Shown here: positions 57,422-64,000 of the stretch, piece by piece
How positions within the stretch are numbered: the first letter of the stretch is position 1
Layout: every line of letters begins with the position of its first letter
Assembly: GCA_964270895.1 (NCBI GenBank)
Contig: OZ185440.1
DNA: 64,000 bases
Direction: 5' to 3' (one strand)
DNA from: Podarcis filfolensis
Lineage: Eukaryota
The notes under the pieces: generated by a model
Database searches by the model: none
What the model was told of the DNA's origin: nothing
Seen by the model: only the letters and a program-made list of their open reading frames with translations
Program-made: the position numbers and the translations under genes

Positions 57422-60400
57422 ATCTAGGGGAAGAATCGTGCAGATATGTACAGAGTGCGCTTCTCCAAACACTGGGGATGAACAGCAAGGATGAATGTGA
57501 AGGCTATATCCTTGTTAAACTGCCTCCTAAAGTTGCATTTTTGCCAGACTGTCTAAAGGCAGCCAGAACATGATACCAGGACCACCAAGTACTTAAAGCA
57601 CAATCCCTCAGTACAGTTCTTGAAGTTCTAGGTAGACATGGGAATTTAGGCCATTATTTGGGAGTGTGCATGCTGCTCTCAACATGGTGGCTATACAGGT
57701 CCACTTTATGTGTGTAAACATATGAAACAGCTGGAAAAGCAGGCACTTCGAGGGCTCTCTCCCTTGAATAATATATATATAAATTTAAGTTTGCAGAATT
57801 TGGAGACAGAAACCTGGGTTTCCCCATGTGAAATTAAGCTCTGCTTATCATAATTTGCAGCGACAGGTCTCTGATTTGATCCATCTCTGCTCTTGAAAAG
57901 CTTGTCGTAATTGTAAATAACGGTTTCCAGGAAAACTGGAGAGGAAAAACAAAAGGAAAAGGAAAAGAAAACAAAACAAAAAAGGCCAACCATCAAAGGG
58001 TACATTCAAAATTCAAAAGTGGCAGGGTAATCTCCTTCCAAAAAAAGGTAGCGTTGGCAAGCCCGCCTGTTCATTGGGGTATTAGAGTGCCGCTGGCTAC
58101 AGCGAAATTCAAAGCAACATTGGCTAGTGGAGCAACACAATTCATCACTTAGGGTTTTTTATTCCATCATCTCCACAGGTGTGCCTGCCACTTTTACAAA
58201 CAAAGAAGAGACAGGTCCCTGCCTGGAGGAATTTACAAACTGTGACAGGTATTCACTCCTTTCCATGTCAGGCCTTCTGGAAACAACTGGATCTGACACT
58301 TTTCAGGTTTAAAATTTTCCCTTTGACACTTATTTCCTAAAGGCTTATGCTTTCTTTCTTTCTTTTTTTTAAAAAAGCGATTTAAACCTCTTCTGTCTTT
58401 AGGCTAGAACTTATCAAAAACATATATTCTTGAATGTAAATTGAATTTAACCACAAAATGCAAACAAGGAGAGAGGCACCAGGCTGTCTTTTCAAAGAAC
58501 TTGAAAAGAATGTTTCTTTCTTTTAAAAGAGATGGAGTTTCCAGTTCTTTCAGAGTAGGGACAAGGGCTCTGACAAAATAAAAGCCTAACATAAATCTTC
58601 CTTCACTCCTACAGTGGTCAAAAGCTCTAATCATCCCATCATCTCCATATACTTTTTGAGGGAAACATATTTCACAGAAAACTGAAGCACAAATCTTTCA
58701 GTGTGGATTTATTTATTTTTTATTTTTAGGACAATGGATGCCAACATAAGAGCCTAAAATGTCCGTAAGAATTTATGATCGCATGTGTTGTATGTGGAAC
58801 TCATTAGTTTCGTATATTTTGTGTATATTCTAGAATGGTTCACAAACTTTTTTTTTCCTGGGTCACTTAAAAATTGCTTGGGGTCTTGGCAGACTACTTA
58901 ATAACCTTTTTTCCGCCACTGCTGCTGCTTTCCTATAAATCAAAGTACATACATAACTAGCATTTTAATAACCGTTGTCTTTCCTTTCTAATATAATGGA
59001 TATTCCTGTTTTTGTGAGCAACGTGGATGGATGTGGAGTCTGTTATTTGTCCGCTTACGTGCAGCGGTGCAACCAGTGGGGGGTCAGGCTTGCATAAATA
59101 TGAATACAATTTTGTTTTTCATTCCTTAATAGCTACAAATTTCTATTTACATCAAATACTGCATGGAAGCCAGCATCAATTCCCCTTCCAAACAGGTGTC
59201 AAACTATAACCAATAGAAAACAACACACAATCAACCAAATTCATCCAATGAAAACCACACAGGCACTGCTGACAAAATGTGACCAGTTGGAACTATGGGA
59301 TGGATCCACACCAACACTGCAGTCCTGGCCATGTCCACTCAGAATTAAGTCCTAGTGAATGCAATGGTGCTTACTCCTGGGTAAGTGGAGTTGGGATTGT
59401 AGCTGTACTTCAACCCCACTGAAAATAACTTAAGACTAACTTAGCACACTTTCAATAGGACCTAGGCCAAGCTACCTTAGTCTAAGTCCAGCTCAATGTA
59501 TGTAAAGCAGTAGGGTGACACTAATTCAGAAAACTTGCATATTTAACTTCTGGATGAAATCGAAGGAGGCACATATTTTTATTTGGCATGATAATCAAAA
59601 ACAGTGTGATATTACGAAAATCAAGGGCCTGGAACCAGGTCCTCGTTAGATTGTTCATTAAATCCAGCAGTGCCTGGTCAAAACAACTTTGACTTCCATC
59701 ATCAGGGGGGGGGAACCCTAAATCAAATGCAGAGCCAAGTACTCTTCTCTGTTCCACAATCTTTCTGTGGAGCACTTGAGCAGAGCTTGTGGAATGCAGT
59801 CTTAAGAACCTCTGCTCTAGATAGTAATAATTAATACAAACCTGGGTATTTTACCATAATTGTTCATAGCTGTTCCCTCTTTCTAGCTGAGTGCAAATCA
59901 TAGTTTTCTGGTTATTTTCTATCTCAAACCAAAAACATCTTGAGCCTCACAGGGTTTTTTCTTGCCCCTAGTCTGAGTGAGTGCTGCCTGTGCACAATTC
60001 TGCTGAGCTGTTTTTTCAGCCTAGCTTCTGGAAAAACCTTTCCAGACCTGTCTATCTTCTCTCCTGACATCGTGTGAAACCTCGGTAATTTTATTCTGAT
60101 TATAATGCAGCCAGGCTTTTGATGCTTTCTCAATTAACGTTTGTCAAAAGTGTCACAAGCACTTGCAAAAAAAAAAAGTGTCAAGAAGCCACTACTGATT
60201 CAGATCTTGGGGTGTTGTGAGAAGAATCTAGGAAGCTTTTCCTTATTACTAAGATCTTAGACATTCAGTGACACCATGTGCTTAATTAAGACATTCCTGA
60301 CGACAGAAATCTGTACCAACAATAGTGCAATTAATACTCTCACAGATCCTCTTACTTTTGACAGCTTCTATCTCATTTTAAGCTACACTTGTGCCCTACA

Positions 60401-63400
60401 GCTTAACATCACTAAAAGGGATCACGATGGCTCCTTTCTGAGGTCCAGTTATGAGGTTAGAATCACAAGAGCATATAATTTCATCCACTACTCTAGATGC
60501 AGCTGTTCCAGTGCCACCCATGTGGCTATTAAAATCAATACTGAGACACATCTGCTTTGTCTGAAAAACGATCTGCATCTTTCTTTTCAAGTAATTTGGG
60601 GGGGGGTGCCCTTTTTGTAAAATCGTTTCCTAAAAGCTCTGCATATTTGCTTGGAATGAGAAACGGCACCAGTTCAGCATTTATTCACCATTCAAAGGCT
60701 GAGTGGAGTGGAGTGGCGAAGTCCACACTTCTTTCCCTAAAGGTGACACCACAGTCATCCAAGCAGACTTGGAATTGTAGAAAAGGAGAAAGGCTTGCAG
60801 GCGGGAAACATTCTTGGAAAGTGAGGAGAATCCAGGACTTCTTTATTTTAACATATCTAACAATTCAATAAATTGAAAATGGGCCCACACTCGCTGTAGA
60901 GATGCTCCCAGAAAGCATCATTTCCCCTGCAAGTGGCCGGGAGCTGTAGTTTTGCAATGGTGTCTAGCACACCAAATGTCATAGCTGCATCCAGCCTGCG
61001 CTGTAGATTAGAAGACAGACAGAATAACTCTTTTTTGGATTATAAAGTTCCCATCTGCATTCTGGTATGAAGAGTGTTGGCAAGGAGCACTTTCACGCAA
61101 CAGCATTCCTATTTAAGGAGGGCCAGAAATGTTTCTCACATGGAAACAGTAAGCATAGCTAGAACAGCCCTTACAGATATGTCTCAAGAATATTGCAGCT
61201 GATCAGCCAACCCATTCAGCTTCCCACCACCATTCTGGCTGCACTTTCTAGCTATGTACCCCCCTGGAAGTGCCAGATCACAGCTAAATAAATAATTATG
61301 GAACACACAGGGTGGAAATCCTTTCATCACTTTTGAATTTGCCTTACCCCATATGTGCCCACTGGCACTTTTACAGGTGCTACTTAATACCCATACCATA
61401 TTGATAAGAACTTGATCGTTTATTGATATCAGGCAGGAACCAAGAAGAATTCAATGAAAGCAGCTGCCTGATATCAATAGGCAATTCTACCCAGATGTTT
61501 AAAAAGTTTGTGTGAGTTTTGATTTGTTTTAGTCTATTCTATTGTGGTTTTAACTTTATGCATGTTTTAAATTATGGTTATCATTTTTTAGTGATAATTT
61601 TATTGTTTTATCTTTTTGTAAACTGCTTTACTGGTTGTTGTTTTTTTTCTACAATAAAGTGGTACATAAATTTTATGAAATAAATAAATGATAATTCAGT
61701 GGATTTAGCAGGATATCAGTTGCAAATCAGTAGAACAAAACAGACAAAAAATTAGGTGATGATAGGATAAGGACTTTGGAAGCAAACTTTAATACATGTT
61801 TCAAGGGAAGAAGCTCTAATTGAACTGAGTGGAACTTATCTCTGAGAAGCTGTGGATAGGAATACGCTACAAGTATACTTTTCGCAAATCTGAAAATGTT
61901 GGCAAGTAGGTCAGCAGCTATCAGTAAATTCAGAAGAAAACTTTCAGTCATATTTGAGAAATGTACAGGATGAGATCCAAAGAACTATTTAGCTAGTTCT
62001 TCAGATGCAAGGGAGATTGAACTTTCGTTCCTGTAAAATCATCGCCTCTCCATCTGCCCCAAAACTTGATTCATCTAAACTAGGCAAGTTCAGAGGGAGG
62101 GAGCAAACCTTACTCAGTGTGGGTCCAGAGTTCACTGCAAACTATCCTGGTGATAGTTTATTCACCAGCTATATAGATATAGGTTGATTTAAGGGGAAGG
62201 GGGAAGCTGGGAAAGAACGCTAATGAAGTTTGCAACTGGATCGTCTCATGTATCTAACACATTGGCACGTGTTGAAAAGGTGTGCTGAAAACCCAGCAAA
62301 TAAAACCGCGTCTGGTGTGTGGGCGCAGTAAATACACACAGAGGACCTTGCTAGACTGTGGCCACATTGTCTCCTTGTCATCACAAAGCAAGCTGAAGCA
62401 AAATGCAAGAGAGAACAAACCAGTCCCACAGTCAGCTGCTGTAAAATCAGACAATAAGATCCTCAAAATGATGCAATGCAGAAGCATGCCATTGTGCCAT
62501 ACCTAACAGAAATACCTTAGCCCCTAAAAGGACTGGTTTGGAAACAGCATTTTATATTCCATGAAGGTATGCATGAAGACTGATGGATATTGCATGCTGG
62601 GAGGGGATTGCAAAATCGTGTTATAGTACAGTTTCAGCACTGCAGAAATGGAAAAATCAAGGAGCCTCTTCAGACATGCATGACATTTAAGAGTTCAATA
62701 AACACGGGAGGGAGATCAGTGGGGACAAAGTGTTAGCCTCATCTGCTGTTGTCATTCCTGCTACCTTTCAGCTCGTGGAAAGTGGAACTTGGGCAGCAGG
62801 GAAACTTTGGTATCTATGAAGGTTTGTCTCATCTTTTAGAACCCATAAGAGGGCTAAGGTGAGGGGAAGTTCTGGCAACGCCACAGCCCCTGAAATATGG
62901 CGAACACAAGGAATACCTCTTGTTCTATCTCAGGAAAACGCACATGTTTGGGGTCAAGAATGCCATTCGGCCTTGGGAGTGAAAATAACATCTAAGCTCA
63001 GGAGGGCAAGTCAGATGGATGTGACAAAGGACTTGTTTCACTCAAAAGGCGAGACAGTCTACAGTGTTTGAACCCTTTTTGGGGTAGGAAGCTATGATGC
63101 AGTCAGGCGCTGACAAGGCAGAGAGATGAAAGACAGAGGGCTCATTGAGTAGGTCAACATATCATTACTGCTCCCATCACAAGTGAAGTGGCAAAGATTG
63201 CTGAGTTTTCCGTAATGGCCCCAAATTAGGCATTCCAACAGAAGAGGCCATGACTTCTGCTGCAGAGGCACTGACCCCATGACATCATTAAGCACTTCAT
63301 GTTAGGGCAACTTCCTTTCCCCAAAGCAGAAAGGCCCAGAAATACTACCTTCATGCCCTCATTTTCAAATATCCCATCGCTCTAAGCAGCCTGTATAAAC

Positions 63401-63652
63401 TCTGACCGCATAAATGATGATCGCAGAAGTGTTTTAGTTGATTTTCTTTTCCTTAATGACTGACAGTTCAGTTTTGCTCATGGAAGATGGAGGGCAAAAT
63501 TTGAGATGAAATCTAAAGCTCACATCCTCACAATCCGTACCTTTTAAATCCAATTAATTCATCTAAAATGAATTAGAAAAATTCTCGCCGTAATCTCAAA
63601 ATCACATATTAAAGTATTAAAATCCTTTAACTTTACAAAGGCACTGGATATA

Positions 63653-63894
63653 CGGTGGTACCTCGGGTTAAGTACTTAATTCGCTCCGGAGGTCTGTTCT
63701 TAACCTGAAACTGTTCCTAACCTGAAGCACCACTTTAGCTAATGGGGCCTCCTGCTGCTGCTGTGCCGCCGGAGCACGATTTCTGTTCTCATCCTGAAGC
63801 AAAGTTCTTAACCTGAAGCACTATTTCTGGGTTAGTGGAGTCTGTAACCTGAAGCATATGTAACCTGAAGTGTATATAACCTGAGGTACCACTG
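63653..63894. mobile_element. Tc1/mariner (Tigger-like) MITE
   Basis: TA|cggtggtacctcgggtta ... taacctgaggtaccactg|TA; internal repeats of taacctgaa(g). Confidence 0.85.
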
Positions 63895-64000
63895 TACACA
63901 TCAACAAGCTAACTATTAAAATATGACAAAAATGGAGCCATTCCCCCCACTGTTAAAAAAAATATGCATGAATGTTCTCATAGGCTTAAACTTTTTTTTT

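Noticed and set aside
53854-64000. Search for the olfactomedin and lectin exons of ADGRL2
   Set aside because: No long ORF or PPDPAQ-type exon end was found; these exons are presumably upstream of the window.

Overview
Vertebrate genomic DNA, probably from a squamate (lacertid-like) lizard; the taxon is inferred from Sauria-type SINEs and the MITE/SINE complement. The window holds the 3' two-thirds of ADGRL2 (latrophilin-2, an adhesion GPCR) on the minus strand, from the Ser/Thr-rich/HormR exon (53785) to the terminal PDZ-motif exon (stop at 10267). All exon boundaries read here are AG/GT and the phases chain correctly. The lectin and olfactomedin exons were not found and must lie beyond position 64000. 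Five short alternative cassette exons (39, 45, 27, 53 and 18/52 nt) are visible. Two of them switch the terminal exon between its three reading frames. Introns carry SINEs, hAT and Tc1/mariner MITEs, CR1/L2-type tails and microsatellites. The most unusual element is a Penelope-like retroelement remnant (29089-29610). It has two complete minimal hammerhead ribozyme motifs, one on the ADGRL2 sense strand, plus a half copy that forms a perfect 63-bp hairpin. There are two assembly gaps. Most short ORFs in the supplied track are noise.
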